DNA of 64,000 bases from Fimbriimonadales bacterium. Lineage in GTDB: Bacteria > Armatimonadota > Fimbriimonadia > Fimbriimonadales > ATM1. The position numbers were made by a program, and so were the translations under genes. Numbering within the stretch: the stretch's first letter is position 1; each line of letters opens with the position of its first letter. Positions 33,095-43,635 of this stretch are shown here, one piece after another. The stretch covers positions 63,793 to 127,792 of the forward strand of contig JBGTLG010000030.1 in assembly GCA_041744215.1 (NCBI GenBank). Reading direction: 5' to 3'. A model generated the notes under the pieces. That model did no database searches, was not told where the DNA came from, and worked only from the letters and a program-made list of their open reading frames with translations.

Positions 33095-36000
33095 ATGATT
33101 TCGAAAGAACTCCCACGATCCGGGGCTGTCTTGCTCCGTACGCTTGGCTCGCGCCTGGCGTTGTTCATTTTCCTGCTACTTCCGTCTCTCGCTTTGGCCG
33201 CCGGTGGCGAAAACGTCGAGCTGGTGTTCACACAAAGCGATCGAAACTTCCTCCTCGCTTCGCTGGCGATGTCGGTCCTCGCGATCGTAGTCGGCTTCTG
33301 GCTGCGGGCGTGGGTTCTGCGGCAAGACCCTGGTAGCGAAGAGATGCAAGACGTCAGCGCGGCGATCCAAGATGGCGCATTGGCGTACCTGCGGAAGCAG
33401 GTGATGACGATGCTGGTTTTCGTCGTCCTGCTCGCTGTTGGGCTGTTCTTCCTACACATGAATGATTACGCGGGGCGCGTGATCTTCGGAATTCCTGTTA
33501 GCGTTTGGCTGGCGATTTCCTTCGTCTTGGGCGTAGCGGCATCCTACTTCGCTGGATATGTCGGCATGATCATGGCCGTAAAGGCGAACACCCGAGTGGC
33601 AGGTGCCGCGCGAACGAGCGCTGGCCGCGCCTTGGAAGTGGCGTTCCGCGCGGGCGGTGTAGCGGGAATGGTGACGGTCGGCATGGGTCTTCTTGGCGCC
33701 ACCGCGATCTTCCTGTTTGCAGGCAGTGAGGCCATGAAGCTTCTGATCGGATTCGGATTCGGCGGCTCTCTCGCAGCGCTCTTCATGCGTGTTGGCGGCG
33801 GCATTTACACGAAGGCTGCCGACGTGGGCGCAGACCTGGTCGGCAAAGTTGAGGCGGGTATTCCTGAGGATGACGCCCGCAACCCAGCGACGATCGCAGA
33901 CAACGTTGGCGACAACGTCGGCGACTGCGCTGGTATGGCTGCCGACATCTTTGAATCCTACGAGGTTACGCTTGTTGCCGCGATCATTCTTGGTGCAGCG
34001 ACAGCTTCAATCTTTGACCAGTCGACGTGGATGAAGTTGATCCTCTTTGCGCTGATGGCTCGCGGTGTTGGCATCATCGCCTCAATTCTCGGAATCTTCT
34101 TTGTCCGCGGCAGCGACGACGAGCGTGTCGATCCGCTGTCGCCCATTCGGCGCGGTTTCTGGTTCTCGGCGGGAGTGGCCGTTTTAGGGACGCTTCTACT
34201 CTCCTACTTTATGATGCAGGACGTACGAACGCAGTTCTACGTTGATACCAAAGGCAACGCACACGGCGGTCTGACCGACATCCCACTGGAAGACCTGCGC
34301 GTCATTGGCATCCTTGATGCCGCGGAGATGCAAGAAAAGAACAAGGCGATGATGGAGGGCGGACAAGCTGACGCCAGCAAAGTCTTTACTGACGAAGAAC
34401 TTTTGATCGCCTCGAACGCACTCATCACTGAATTCGGTACACAGCAGGCGGAATCTTACAACCAGCAGAAAGCGGCCTATGACCAGATGGTCAAAGAAGC
34501 GGAAGAAAAGGGCGAGACTCCTCCGCCAAACACCCTCGGCCCTGCGCCAGTCGCCCCCGCGCCACTCACGATCGAAGAAGTACGGCGCGTTCGCGGCGAA
34601 CCGATTGGCGCGTACACGGTAGTTGCTGAGAACGCCCCACGCGGTTCTGTGGCGCTGTTCATCTTCGGACAAACGCTTGGCCCGGGCCTCACGGTTTCGG
34701 ATCCGCTCCTCGTCAAGCAAGAGCGGGCGGCAAACCCGTTCCAGCAAGACAGCGAAACGCAAGAAGCGTGGGAGTTCACTTCACAAGCGCGTTTGGATAT
34801 GCAACCGGATGGCCCACAGCCGCTCGAGCGAGTCAAGGTGGGTATCGCCTTCGACCGCGCGGGAGACCTCTTCTGGACCTTAGAGAAGCCAGTTAGCGAT
34901 GATGCAATGCTCTCGCTGCCGCAATTGAGCTACTCCAAAGAGAAGCATGAGTCTGATCCGATGGGTGGCCAAAAGGTCTTAGCCGATGGTACTGCACTCG
35001 CAGTTTCCAAAGAGACGAAAACTGTCGAATGGTGGCGGTTCTTCCTGGCAATCGCGTTCGGTGTGATCATGGCGTTCTTCATCGAATTGTTGACGGACTA
35101 CTTCGTCAGCTTCGAAAAGAAGCCAGTGCGCGAGGTTGCTGCGGCTTCGAGCGCAGGCCCTGCACCCATGATCATCCAGGGGTTCGCGTATGGCATGGAG
35201 AGTAGCGTCTGGTCTGTCTTCGCAATAGTCATTTCGCTGCTGGCACCATTGTTCATCTTCCCGCCAGGTGATTACGGCGGGTTCATTCTAAGTTTCTACG
35301 GGATCGCTCTGGTGGGACTCGGTCTTTTAACTACGACAGGTTACATCCTCGCGATGGACACTTTCGGCCCGATCAGCGACAACGCGCAAGGCGTCTACGA
35401 GATGTCGGGCGCAGCCCACAATGAAGTCAAGGAAGAAGGCAAAATGGCTGGCGGACGTGCGGTGCAGCGGCTCGATGCCGCCGGCAACACGACGAAAGCG
35501 CTGACGAAAGGATTCGCCATCGCGACGGCTGTCGTCGCAGCGGTTGCGCTCTTCCACGCATACTTGGACAGCGCCAATCTTGAAGCGGTCGGTCTAAGAC
35601 TGGAGATCCCGCAGATCTTCATCGGACTTCTGATCGGCGGCGCGACTCCATTCTTGTTCTCAGCGTTCTCAATCAACGCGGTTGGTCGTGCAGCATTCCA
35701 GCTAATCGGCGAAGTACGAAGGCAGTTCGCCGCAGATCCTGGGATCATGAAAGGGACCAGCAAGCCTAACTATGCTAAGTGCGTCGAAATCGTGACCGCC
35801 GCCGCGCAGAAGGAACTGCTCGGTCCGGGCATCCTCGCGATCGCGCTGCCGGTTCTGGTTGGGTTTGGACTCAGCATCGGCGCGCAGCCCGTCACGATTG
35901 GTGGCAGCGAGTACAACCTTGTTGGCGCGCAGGCGTTAGGCGGGTTCCTAGCTGGCGCGATCCTGTCTGGCCAGTTGCTTGCTGTGCTACTCGCTAACTC

Positions 36001-36361
36001 AGGCGGTCTGTGGGACAACGCAAAGAAGCTGATCGAGGATGGACTGCACGGAGGCAAGGGCTCGGATGCTCACAAAGCCGGCGTCGTATGCGATACCGTC
36101 GGAGACCCGTTCAAGGATACGGCCGGACCTGCGCTGAACCCGCTGATCAAAGTCATGAATCTCGTCGCCCTTCTGTTGGCGCCGGTTGTGATTCTGCCGC
36201 TTGCGAACACGACGCTGATGGTGATCGTCGCCATCGCTGTGATCTTCCTCGGCATCGCGATCTACTGGTCAAAGCGCGGCTCGATTGGCAGTGAGATCGC
36301 CGCAAACACTGCGGCGGCAGATGCCCGAGCTGCTGCGAAGCGAGACAGTGACGATCAGTAA
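33095..36361 (+). CDS. hppA: Membrane-bound ion-translocating pyrophosphatase (M-PPase) with a large internal insert
   Basis: Contains DNVGDNVGDCAGMAADIFESY, LTDYFVSFEKKPVREVA, GGLWDNAKKLIEDG and VCDTVGDPFKDTAGPALNPLIKV. At 1088 aa it is far longer than typical family members. Confidence 0.9.
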   Translation: MISKELPRSGAVLLRTLGSRLALFIFLLLPSLALAAGGENVELVFTQSDRNFLLASLAMSVLAIVVGFWLRAWVLRQDPGSEEMQDVSAAIQDGALAYLRKQVMTMLVFVVLLAVGLFFLHMNDYAGRVIFGIPVSVWLAISFVLGVAASYFAGYVGMIMAVKANTRVAGAARTSAGRALEVAFRAGGVAGMVTVGMGLLGATAIFLFAGSEAMKLLIGFGFGGSLAALFMRVGGGIYTKAADVGADLVGKVEAGIPEDDARNPATIADNVGDNVGDCAGMAADIFESYEVTLVAAIILGAATASIFDQSTWMKLILFALMARGVGIIASILGIFFVRGSDDERVDPLSPIRRGFWFSAGVAVLGTLLLSYFMMQDVRTQFYVDTKGNAHGGLTDIPLEDLRVIGILDAAEMQEKNKAMMEGGQADASKVFTDEELLIASNALITEFGTQQAESYNQQKAAYDQMVKEAEEKGETPPPNTLGPAPVAPAPLTIEEVRRVRGEPIGAYTVVAENAPRGSVALFIFGQTLGPGLTVSDPLLVKQERAANPFQQDSETQEAWEFTSQARLDMQPDGPQPLERVKVGIAFDRAGDLFWTLEKPVSDDAMLSLPQLSYSKEKHESDPMGGQKVLADGTALAVSKETKTVEWWRFFLAIAFGVIMAFFIELLTDYFVSFEKKPVREVAAASSAGPAPMIIQGFAYGMESSVWSVFAIVISLLAPLFIFPPGDYGGFILSFYGIALVGLGLLTTTGYILAMDTFGPISDNAQGVYEMSGAAHNEVKEEGKMAGGRAVQRLDAAGNTTKALTKGFAIATAVVAAVALFHAYLDSANLEAVGLRLEIPQIFIGLLIGGATPFLFSAFSINAVGRAAFQLIGEVRRQFAADPGIMKGTSKPNYAKCVEIVTAAAQKELLGPGILAIALPVLVGFGLSIGAQPVTIGGSEYNLVGAQALGGFLAGAILSGQLLAVLLANSGGLWDNAKKLIEDGLHGGKGSDAHKAGVVCDTVGDPFKDTAGPALNPLIKVMNLVALLLAPVVILPLANTTLMVIVAIAVIFLGIAIYWSKRGSIGSEIAANTAAADARAAAKRDSDDQ

Positions 36362-36367
36362 TCGTCC

Positions 36368-37252
36368 ATGTCAATCCTGATCGATAAGTCAACGCGCGTT
36401 GTCGTCCAAGGCGTGACTGGACGCGAAGGGAGCTTCCATGCGCGTCAGATGATCGAGTACGGTACAAGCGTGGTCGCGGGCGTGACACCCGGCAAAGGCG
36501 GCTCGTCATTTGACGGTGTGCCGGTGTTCAATACCGTGAAAGAAGCCGTCGGCCAGACGGGTGCAACCGCGAGCGTGATCTTCGTCCCGCCGCCGTTCGC
36601 ACCGGACGCGATCCTTGAGGCGGAGGCTGCAGGGGTTCGCTTCATCGTCGCCATCACAGAAGGGATTCCGCAGCACGATATGTTGCGTGTGGTTAACCGG
36701 ATCCACGAGAACGGCACTTCGCGGCTCTTGGGCCCGAACTGTCCTGGCATGATCACCGTTGACGAGTGCAAGATTGGGATCATGCCAGGGCATATCTTTT
36801 CTAGCGGCCCCGTCGGACTGGTTTCTCGCAGCGGAACCCTTACTTATGAGATTGTCAATGAACTCACAAAGTCAGGCCTGGGTCAGACTTCGTGTGTCGG
36901 CATCGGAGGAGACCCTCTGCTTGGCACGCGATTCATCGATGTACTGCCAATGTTTGAAGCTGACGCTGCTACGGAGGCGATCGTAATGATAGGAGAGATA
37001 GGAGGCAATGACGAAGAGGTCGCCGCCGAGTACATAAAGACGATGGGCAAGCCAGTCGTTTCCTTCATTTCTGGCCGCACGGCTCCTCCTGGTAAGCGTA
37101 TGGGACATGCAGGCGCAATCATTAGTGGAGGGGTTGGCGGACCAGACAGCAAAGTGAGCGCATTGAAGTCTGCGGGAGCGCTTGTCGCAGAAACAACAAC
37201 ACAAATTCCTGAAATGGTGCGCGAAGTGCTTCGCAAATCATCTGGAGTGTGA
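36368..37252 (+). CDS. sucD: Succinyl-CoA synthetase alpha subunit
   Basis: Contains [33 protein letters not shown] and the phosphohistidine loop GHAGAII. No sucC lies upstream. Confidence 0.93.
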   Translation: MSILIDKSTRVVVQGVTGREGSFHARQMIEYGTSVVAGVTPGKGGSSFDGVPVFNTVKEAVGQTGATASVIFVPPPFAPDAILEAEAAGVRFIVAITEGIPQHDMLRVVNRIHENGTSRLLGPNCPGMITVDECKIGIMPGHIFSSGPVGLVSRSGTLTYEIVNELTKSGLGQTSCVGIGGDPLLGTRFIDVLPMFEADAATEAIVMIGEIGGNDEEVAAEYIKTMGKPVVSFISGRTAPPGKRMGHAGAIISGGVGGPDSKVSALKSAGALVAETTTQIPEMVREVLRKSSGV

Positions 37253-37265
37253 TATATTCTTTCTT

Positions 37266-37790
37266 ATGCCTGACGTAGGCGCAGACCGAGTCGAGCTGCT
37301 CGGCGATATGTTCGCTCATTTTGTCCGCGTGTCACTTTGTCAAGAGGTCGTTGATGGCCTTCAGAGACATGGAATCACGTACACACATTACGAGGCGCTT
37401 CGATACGTGATCGCCAAACCAGGATCGACAGTAGGTGAGATTTCTAAAGGTCTGATGATCGGATATCCTAAGGCGACTCTGCTGGTCGGCCGTCTCCATG
37501 AACTCGGCCTTCTATCGAAGCGCGGAGTTCGATCGGACAAGAGAATCGCCCGCATATACTCCACTCCAGAGGGTGAGAACCTGGCGAGTCGAGTCGCCAA
37601 GCTTCGGACGCGGAAGATGGAGAAAGTCCTGAAGAAGATGCAATCAGATGCGCGGGACTCATTCGGGAGGTCGCTCGAACAGTTTCTATTGGCAGCAGAT
37701 CAATCTGGCGAGTTGCGGGAGTCTTTCAAGCGCGTTGGTCTCTCTCCAGAGCTTTTGCTTGATTCGGATGTTGACTCGTTTACACCATGA
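37266..37790 (+). CDS. MarR-family transcriptional regulator
   Basis: The winged-HTH pattern is THYEALRYVIAKPGSTVGEISKGLMIGYPKATLLVGRLHELGLLSKRGVRSDKRIARIYSTPEG. The start was trimmed to ATG 37266. Confidence 0.75.
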   Translation: MPDVGADRVELLGDMFAHFVRVSLCQEVVDGLQRHGITYTHYEALRYVIAKPGSTVGEISKGLMIGYPKATLLVGRLHELGLLSKRGVRSDKRIARIYSTPEGENLASRVAKLRTRKMEKVLKKMQSDARDSFGRSLEQFLLAADQSGELRESFKRVGLSPELLLDSDVDSFTP

Positions 37791-38914
37791 AATCGCTGTA
37801 CTTTGACAACGCAGCATCGACGCGAATCGCACCTGAAGTTCTGGACGCGATGATGCCGTTCATGACTGACTGTTACGCGAATGCGAGCGCGTTGCATTGT
37901 CAAGCTCAGCGAGCGAAGGCAGCAGTGGAGGAGGCCCGAGAAACCGTCGCAGAACTTCTCGGTGCAGACGATTCAAGTGAGATCATTTTTACGTCTGGGG
38001 CTACTGAGGGCAATAACCAGGTTCTCCACACCTTTGATGGCAAGCTGTTAGTGTCGGCGATTGAGCATCCCAGCATCGCGAATCCGGCCGCGGAGTCTGG
38101 CCGCTCCGACGAGATTCCTGTCTTGGGAGATGGCACGCTCAACTACGACGCGTACGCGACGCTGATACGCCAGGGCGCCGACCTGGTCAGCGTGATGCTT
38201 GTGAACAACGAAATTGGGTCGGTCCAGGACATTGATCGAATCGGTGGGATCGCAGAGTCGGCAGGGGCGCGATTCCACAGTGACATCACTCAGGGAGTCG
38301 GGAAGGAACCTCTAAACCTCTCAGGTCGACCGATTGATTACGCAACGCTGTCGGGCCACAAGATCCACGCGCCGAAAGGTGTAGGGGCGCTGTGGGCCCG
38401 TGCAGGGGCACCCCTACGCCGATTCATGATCGGTGGGACCCATGAGCACATGCGCCGATCTGGCACGCTCAACGTGCCGGGCATAGTCGGACTGGGCGTG
38501 GCTGCCAGGCTGCTGATAGAGCGAGGCGAGGCAGAGGCAGCCACAATGCGGGCGATGCGAAACAGAATAGCGGCGTCAGTTGTGAGTCAGATCCAGGATG
38601 TCAAGATCAACGGTCAAGAGCTCAACGCCCCTCATATTCTCAGCATGAGCTTCTACCGAACCGAAGGTGAGAGCGTAATCATCAACCTGGACAGCCAGGG
38701 GATCTGTTGCACGGCTGGATCCGCTTGCTCCTCCGGGATGAATCTCAAAAGCCGCGTTTTGACGGCCATTGGTCTCTCGGACGAGTGGCTTCGAGGCACG
38801 ATCCGGGTCAGCCTAAGCCGCTATACGAGTGAAGAAGATGTAGATGAGCTAGTGCGGGCGCTCGTCTCGGCGGTTGGGATGGTGAGGTCGCTGGCGGGCT
38901 ACGCAACGGGATAA
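37787..38914 (+). CDS. Cysteine desulfurase (class V aminotransferase, NifS/IscS-like)
   Basis: Contains YFDNAAST, the PLP-lysine loop LSGHKIHAPKGVGALW and the active-site Cys loop TAGSACSSG. Its ATG overlaps the marR-like stop. Confidence 0.9.
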   Translation: MKSLYFDNAASTRIAPEVLDAMMPFMTDCYANASALHCQAQRAKAAVEEARETVAELLGADDSSEIIFTSGATEGNNQVLHTFDGKLLVSAIEHPSIANPAAESGRSDEIPVLGDGTLNYDAYATLIRQGADLVSVMLVNNEIGSVQDIDRIGGIAESAGARFHSDITQGVGKEPLNLSGRPIDYATLSGHKIHAPKGVGALWARAGAPLRRFMIGGTHEHMRRSGTLNVPGIVGLGVAARLLIERGEAEAATMRAMRNRIAASVVSQIQDVKINGQELNAPHILSMSFYRTEGESVIINLDSQGICCTAGSACSSGMNLKSRVLTAIGLSDEWLRGTIRVSLSRYTSEEDVDELVRALVSAVGMVRSLAGYATG

Positions 38915-38992
38915 ATCACGAACTTTAGGCACGATTTATGCGTCTGATTCGGAGCTTGTGAAAGAAATCACAAGCATTTTCCGCAGGAAATC

Positions 38993-39021
38993 TTGACAGG
39001 TAGCCCGAACTGTGATACCTT
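38993..39021 (+). promoter_or_regulatory. Candidate sigma-70 promoter with long leader for the sigma factor gene
   Basis: TTGACA (38993-38998), a 17-nt spacer and TACCTT are present, preceded by a TGTG extended -10-like element. This implies a 5' UTR of about 180 nt. Confidence 0.35.
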
Positions 39022-39203
39022 GATCAGGCTGAGCCCCACCAGGCCCGAGGTCTGCGCCTCTGGGGCGATCTCTACCCAGCGCGATTCTTTTCGGGGTGTC
39101 GAATGACTTTGGTAGGTCGCCTGAGACGAAATGGCCTGCTCGCGCGTAATAGCGTTGGGGATCTCGCGGAGCACACAACGATTTGGAGAACAACTAGACA
39201 AGA

Positions 39204-40166
39204 ATGAGTACAAACAGCATTCTGCCATCGCTGCCGGATGAAACGCTTGAGGAGGATCTCCTCGAGCCGGCGGAGGTAGAAGAAGAAGAAGAACCGGACG
39301 AGGAAGAGCCCGAACCGCAGCCACCCGACGACTCTGAAGAGCTCGAGATGTGGATGCGGCAAACGCGACGGGCTCAATTGCTCACGCCTGAGCAAGAAGT
39401 GAGCCTCGCTCGGCGGGTGCAGCATGGCGACGACCAAGCCAAGCGGATTCTGATTGAGTCGAACCTTCGGCTGGTCGTCAGCATCGCCAAAAAGTACAAC
39501 GCGAGGGGGATCCCTCTGGCAGATTTGATTCAGGAAGGCAACCTGGGCCTGATTCGCGCAGTCGAGAAGTTCGATTGGCGGAAGGGGTTCCGATTCAGCA
39601 CGTATGCCACCTGGTGGATTCGGCGAGCGATTGCACGCGCAATCATCAACCAAGGCCGGACAATCCGAATTCCGGTTTACGTAGCGGAATTGATCAATAA
39701 GGTCGTTAAGACGCAGAATCGACTCCAGCAGGATTTACAGCGCGACCCGACTGAGGAAGAGATCGCTGCTGAGACGCAAATGCCGGTCGATCGCGTACGT
39801 GAGCTCCTGAGGGTTTCCTCTGAACCGCTGTCCTTGGAGACACCCGTGGGCGAGAAGGACAACTCGTCGCTCGGCGACTTCGTGCCGAACAAAATCATGC
39901 CTGAGCCTACCGATGTCACTACGACCCTTATCAAGCGTCAAGAAATCGACTCGATCTTGGGCCGCCTGACTCAGCGCGAGAAAGACGTCGTAAGCCTTCG
40001 GTTCGGGCTTGATGATGGTCGTCCGAGAACTTTGGAAGAGGTCGGTGTTGCACTGAATGTCACGCGCGAGCGAGTCCGACAGATTGAGCTTCGCGCGATG
40101 AAGAAGTTGCGGCACATCGGCGAAAAGCTTCGTGCGCTTGGCGTTCAGTTGCAGTCCTCGGCGTAG
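39204..40166 (+). CDS. rpoD: RNA polymerase sigma-70 family factor (RpoD/SigA-like, short acidic N-terminus)
   Basis: Region 2 is [57 protein letters not shown], and region 4.2 is [27 protein letters not shown]. Confidence 0.88.
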   Translation: MSTNSILPSLPDETLEEDLLEPAEVEEEEEPDEEEPEPQPPDDSEELEMWMRQTRRAQLLTPEQEVSLARRVQHGDDQAKRILIESNLRLVVSIAKKYNARGIPLADLIQEGNLGLIRAVEKFDWRKGFRFSTYATWWIRRAIARAIINQGRTIRIPVYVAELINKVVKTQNRLQQDLQRDPTEEEIAAETQMPVDRVRELLRVSSEPLSLETPVGEKDNSSLGDFVPNKIMPEPTDVTTTLIKRQEIDSILGRLTQREKDVVSLRFGLDDGRPRTLEEVGVALNVTRERVRQIELRAMKKLRHIGEKLRALGVQLQSSA

Positions 40167-40216
40167 CCACCTGGTGTCTCAAAGCGTCGGCCGCTCGGAT
40201 TTCCTGCAGAGCTTCG

Positions 40217-41344
40217 TCAGCTACCCGAATCTTTGAATTCTCCCGCAAGCGACTCCAACTCAGTTGCGATCACACGACGAATCGCCTCTGATTCGGTCGT
40301 GAGCTTGTGGGATAGTTCCGCCCGGTTCTCAAGGGCGTGGTTGCACACAGCAAGCAGGCCGCTTGCGTCGCCAAAATCCACGCAAGACAGTGGGTAGTCG
40401 AGTAGCTCGAGGAGCCCCGCAGTTTTGTGACTGCCGCTGGGCAGAGGAACGAAAGGCGTCCCGACCGTTGCCGCCAACACACTCATGTGATATCTTCCAC
40501 CCACCAAGAGGCTGGCGTTTGCAATCACTCGGGCGACTTCTTCGTAACTCGCTGACGAAGGGACCTGAACGGTATCCGCGTGTTGTCCGGTTTTGATTCG
40601 ATACCCAATGGTCTTCTGGTCCGCGGGGGCCGAAAGCAGACAGACCACTTTGAGACACTTTTCCTGCGCGAAAGTCCGTACCTGCTGAATGTAAGATTGC
40701 CAGTCCACTTCTCTGAGGATCGCAGATCCCGTCACTGCCAAGTAAGCTTGGCCTTGAAGGTCTATCGGGGAGTGAACTGAGGGCCTTGCTAAGAACGCGG
40801 TATCTGGAATGGATCTGACGCGTTTGACACCCAAACCGGCGATGAAACGCACAGAAGCAGGCTCCCGCATGGCTACGACATGAAACCGGTTGAAGCATCC
40901 TGCGATCGCAGGCTCGAATTGCGGGTCTTTGGTCTCTGCGCTTCCGTTCAGGCAGACCACCCTCTTGTTCACCGCAGCAAGGGCAGCCGGGAGCAGCAGC
41001 AGTCTCGCGCCGGTGGTAAATCGGAGCCCGTCCATCGTTCCTTCGGGTTGAAAAATGGCGCACTCTGCCTCGACAGCGATATCGAAATCTTCGCGATAAA
41101 TCGCCCGCGCCGCTTTCGCGAGCAAATGGTCTCCAGTCGGACTGGGCTCCGAGAGTGCGGCTTCGATCTTTCGCCGCCACCGCAAGTTAATGATTGCGTC
41201 GATGCCTTTCGACTTTCGCAGCGGAACGAGGTGAAAAGTTGCGGTTGGCGCAACTCGCGCGAGTTGCTTCAAGAGCTCTCCACTCGTGGCCTGAGACCCC
41301 CAGTTTCCACGGTCTCCGGTGTAATTGATTACGGAGATTCTCAT
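40217..41344 (-). CDS. Polysaccharide pyruvyl transferase-like protein
   Basis: The N-terminus MRISVINYTGDRGNWGSQA and the C-terminal GGRYHMSVLAATVGTPFVPL resemble the PS_pyruv_trans family. The call is by recollection only. Confidence 0.55.
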   Translation of the reverse strand: MRISVINYTGDRGNWGSQATSGELLKQLARVAPTATFHLVPLRKSKGIDAIINLRWRRKIEAALSEPSPTGDHLLAKAARAIYREDFDIAVEAECAIFQPEGTMDGLRFTTGARLLLLPAALAAVNKRVVCLNGSAETKDPQFEPAIAGCFNRFHVVAMREPASVRFIAGLGVKRVRSIPDTAFLARPSVHSPIDLQGQAYLAVTGSAILREVDWQSYIQQVRTFAQEKCLKVVCLLSAPADQKTIGYRIKTGQHADTVQVPSSASYEEVARVIANASLLVGGRYHMSVLAATVGTPFVPLPSGSHKTAGLLELLDYPLSCVDFGDASGLLAVCNHALENRAELSHKLTTESEAIRRVIATELESLAGEFKDSGS

Positions 41345-41997
41345 TGGCGAAGTGACCGAGACAATTCCGAATGCAAAGCCCGCACCATATCGTCAATGCT
41401 GATGGGCAAAAGGTGTGGCGTATGCGGCTCAGCGAAGACCTTCGCAGGGTCGATGAGTGGGCAACCGACAGGAATGCTGCACTGCGCGAGCACGGCATTC
41501 CGCGTAACACGCATCGCTACTCCGATCAACTTCTCCTTTGACGAGCGCTCCACGACGTCGTTTGGAGAACAGCGTACGAAGCAGTCCGCGGATGGCGGTC
41601 TACAATCGCTCTCGAGCGATTCGCCCAATGCGGCATCGATGCCGAGAGACCGAAGTGCGAGTATAAGGGGTGCGACCAACTCTCGGTACAGGTCGCGAAG
41701 CCTCCTTGCATCCCCGAAAATGGGCCGCGCTATCGAAACCGTTAGGTCGTGACCGTGCAATACACCTCCACCCCCTGTCGGGCGTGTTACCCATCGTACA
41801 GAGTTGGGATCAATGAGCGCTTTCTCACTTTGTTGTGTTCGACCAAGCGAAACCCACGGTCCTTCCCATTGGTAGATGCGCGCAGTCGAGACTCGCTCCG
41901 CTGCGGCAGCCTTAAACATCGTTTTGTCGATGTGCATGTTTTCATCGCCGTCGCCTTCGCCGTTGACCCTGACGTTAGCCAGCGATAGGAGGCTCAT
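41341..41997 (-). CDS. Lipoate-protein ligase / octanoyltransferase family (BPL_LplA_LipB) protein
   Basis: Contains RIYQWEGPWVSLGRTQ, RPTGGGGVLHGHDLTVS and KEKLIGVAMR (candidate catalytic Lys). It lies downstream of the gcvH/P genes. Confidence 0.7.
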   Translation of the reverse strand: MSLLSLANVRVNGEGDGDENMHIDKTMFKAAAAERVSTARIYQWEGPWVSLGRTQQSEKALIDPNSVRWVTRPTGGGGVLHGHDLTVSIARPIFGDARRLRDLYRELVAPLILALRSLGIDAALGESLESDCRPPSADCFVRCSPNDVVERSSKEKLIGVAMRVTRNAVLAQCSIPVGCPLIDPAKVFAEPHTPHLLPISIDDMVRALHSELSRSLRQ

Positions 41998-42162
41998 GGC
42001 GGGATTATGGCGAACTTGCTTCGGTCAGCAAACGCGACCCTGCAGATTCAGTCACTCGGCCAAGCCGGAGGCACACATCCGGTTCCCGCCAGGCTGTCGG
42101 TTGATTTGGAAAATCGACGGAAGTTAGTTGTAGTGTCTTGCGGAGTGTGGCGCGTCGGGTTA

Positions 42163-43635
42163 CTACCGATTCGCCAGTTCCGCTTGTGCATCCGTCCAGC
42201 ATACGTCGAGGGTCTTGGCAGCGAACGCTTCGTCCAACCTGCCCACCGGGGTTACGGTCGGGGCTTTATGGAGCAGCGCGGGATTCGTTTTCGCTTCGTC
42301 AGCTATCTCAAGCATTGCATCGCAGAATGCGTCAATGGTTTCCTTCGTCTCGGTTTCTGTTGGTTCGATCATCAGGGCCTCAGGGACGATCAACGGGAAG
42401 TAGTTTGTCGGAGGGTGAAAGCCGTAGTCAATCAACCGCTTGCTTACGTCAAGAGCGCGTACTCCAAACTTCTTAAGCGGCTTTGCTGTCAAAACGCACT
42501 CGTGCATACAAGTTCGCTCGAAAGCTCGCGGGTACTCATGTTCGATGCGAGCCTGCACATAGTTGGCGTTAAGCACCGCATGCCGGGCAATGTCTGCGAG
42601 TCCTTCCCTACCGTATGCTCTCACATACGCCCATGCGCGGACATTCATGAGGAAGTTGCCATAGAACATATGGACTCGACCCACGGATTGGGGTCGGTCG
42701 TGATCCAGCTTGTATGCGCCGGTTTGCTTCGTTACAACGGGCCGAGGGAGAAAGGGCTCTAGGTGAGACTTGACTCCTATGCAACCACAGCCAGGACCAC
42801 CGCCGCCGTGCGGTGTGCTGAAGGTCTTATGCAGATTGAGATGCATGCAATCGAAACCGTGGTCTCCAGGTCTCGTGACACCGACCATCGCGTTCATGTT
42901 CGCTCCATCGCAAAACACTTGTGCGCCAGCCTCGTGAATGAGCTTGCAGATTTCAGTGATGTTGTCTTCAAACAACCCGAGAGTGCTCGGGTTGGTGAGC
43001 ATCATTGCCGCTACTTCCGGCGACAGATGCGCTTTGAGATCTTCAATGTCGGTGCTTCCCCGCTCGTTCGTTCTGACCGATTGGACACGGTAGCCAGCAC
43101 GAGTGGCACTCGCGGGATTTGTACCATGCGCGCTGTCGGGGACAAGCACTATGTCGCGGTGGCCTTCTCCTCGTGAATCATGGTAGGCGCGAATGAGCAG
43201 TAGGCAAAGCAACTCTCCGCTCGCACCTGCGGGGGGCTGCATTGTCGCCGTGTCAAATCCGGTGATCTCTGCCATCCACGTCTGCAGATCGTGGATCACC
43301 TGTAGGTTTCCTTGGACAGTGCTCTCGGGCTGCAGGGGATGTGTCAATGCGTATTTTGGATTCGACGCCACAACCTCATTTACTCTCGGGTTGTATTTCA
43401 TCGTGCATGAGCCCAAAGGGTAAAAGCCGGTATCTATTCCGTAATTGCGATGACTGAGATTTGTGAAGTGGCGGACAACTTCCAGTTCGCCCATTTCGGG
43501 AAGTTCTGCCGATTCGCGAAGGTTGCCTGCACCTACGAGTTCCTCCAGTTCAAGTGTTGGGACGCCTGTAGCTGGCGGCGTACACCCAGTTCGTCCGTCA
43601 CGTGAACGCTCGAAGATCAAAGGAAAGTCGCTCAC
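42163..43635 (-). CDS. gcvPB: Glycine dehydrogenase (decarboxylating) subunit 2
   Basis: Shows full-length GcvPB-like sequence (..NLHKTFSTPHGGGGPG..) and overlaps gcvPA by 4 nt. Confidence 0.93.
   Translation of the reverse strand: MSDFPLIFERSRDGRTGCTPPATGVPTLELEELVGAGNLRESAELPEMGELEVVRHFTNLSHRNYGIDTGFYPLGSCTMKYNPRVNEVVASNPKYALTHPLQPESTVQGNLQVIHDLQTWMAEITGFDTATMQPPAGASGELLCLLLIRAYHDSRGEGHRDIVLVPDSAHGTNPASATRAGYRVQSVRTNERGSTDIEDLKAHLSPEVAAMMLTNPSTLGLFEDNITEICKLIHEAGAQVFCDGANMNAMVGVTRPGDHGFDCMHLNLHKTFSTPHGGGGPGCGCIGVKSHLEPFLPRPVVTKQTGAYKLDHDRPQSVGRVHMFYGNFLMNVRAWAYVRAYGREGLADIARHAVLNANYVQARIEHEYPRAFERTCMHECVLTAKPLKKFGVRALDVSKRLIDYGFHPPTNYFPLIVPEALMIEPTETETKETIDAFCDAMLEIADEAKTNPALLHKAPTVTPVGRLDEAFAAKTLDVCWTDAQAELANR

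Noticed and set aside
40329-41752. Long ORFs 40329-41180 (-, 283 aa) and 40880-41752 (+, 290 aa).
   Set aside because: They are Arg/Ser-rich shadow frames overlapping the pyruvyl-transferase-like and lipoate-ligase-family genes, which have native composition and family motifs.
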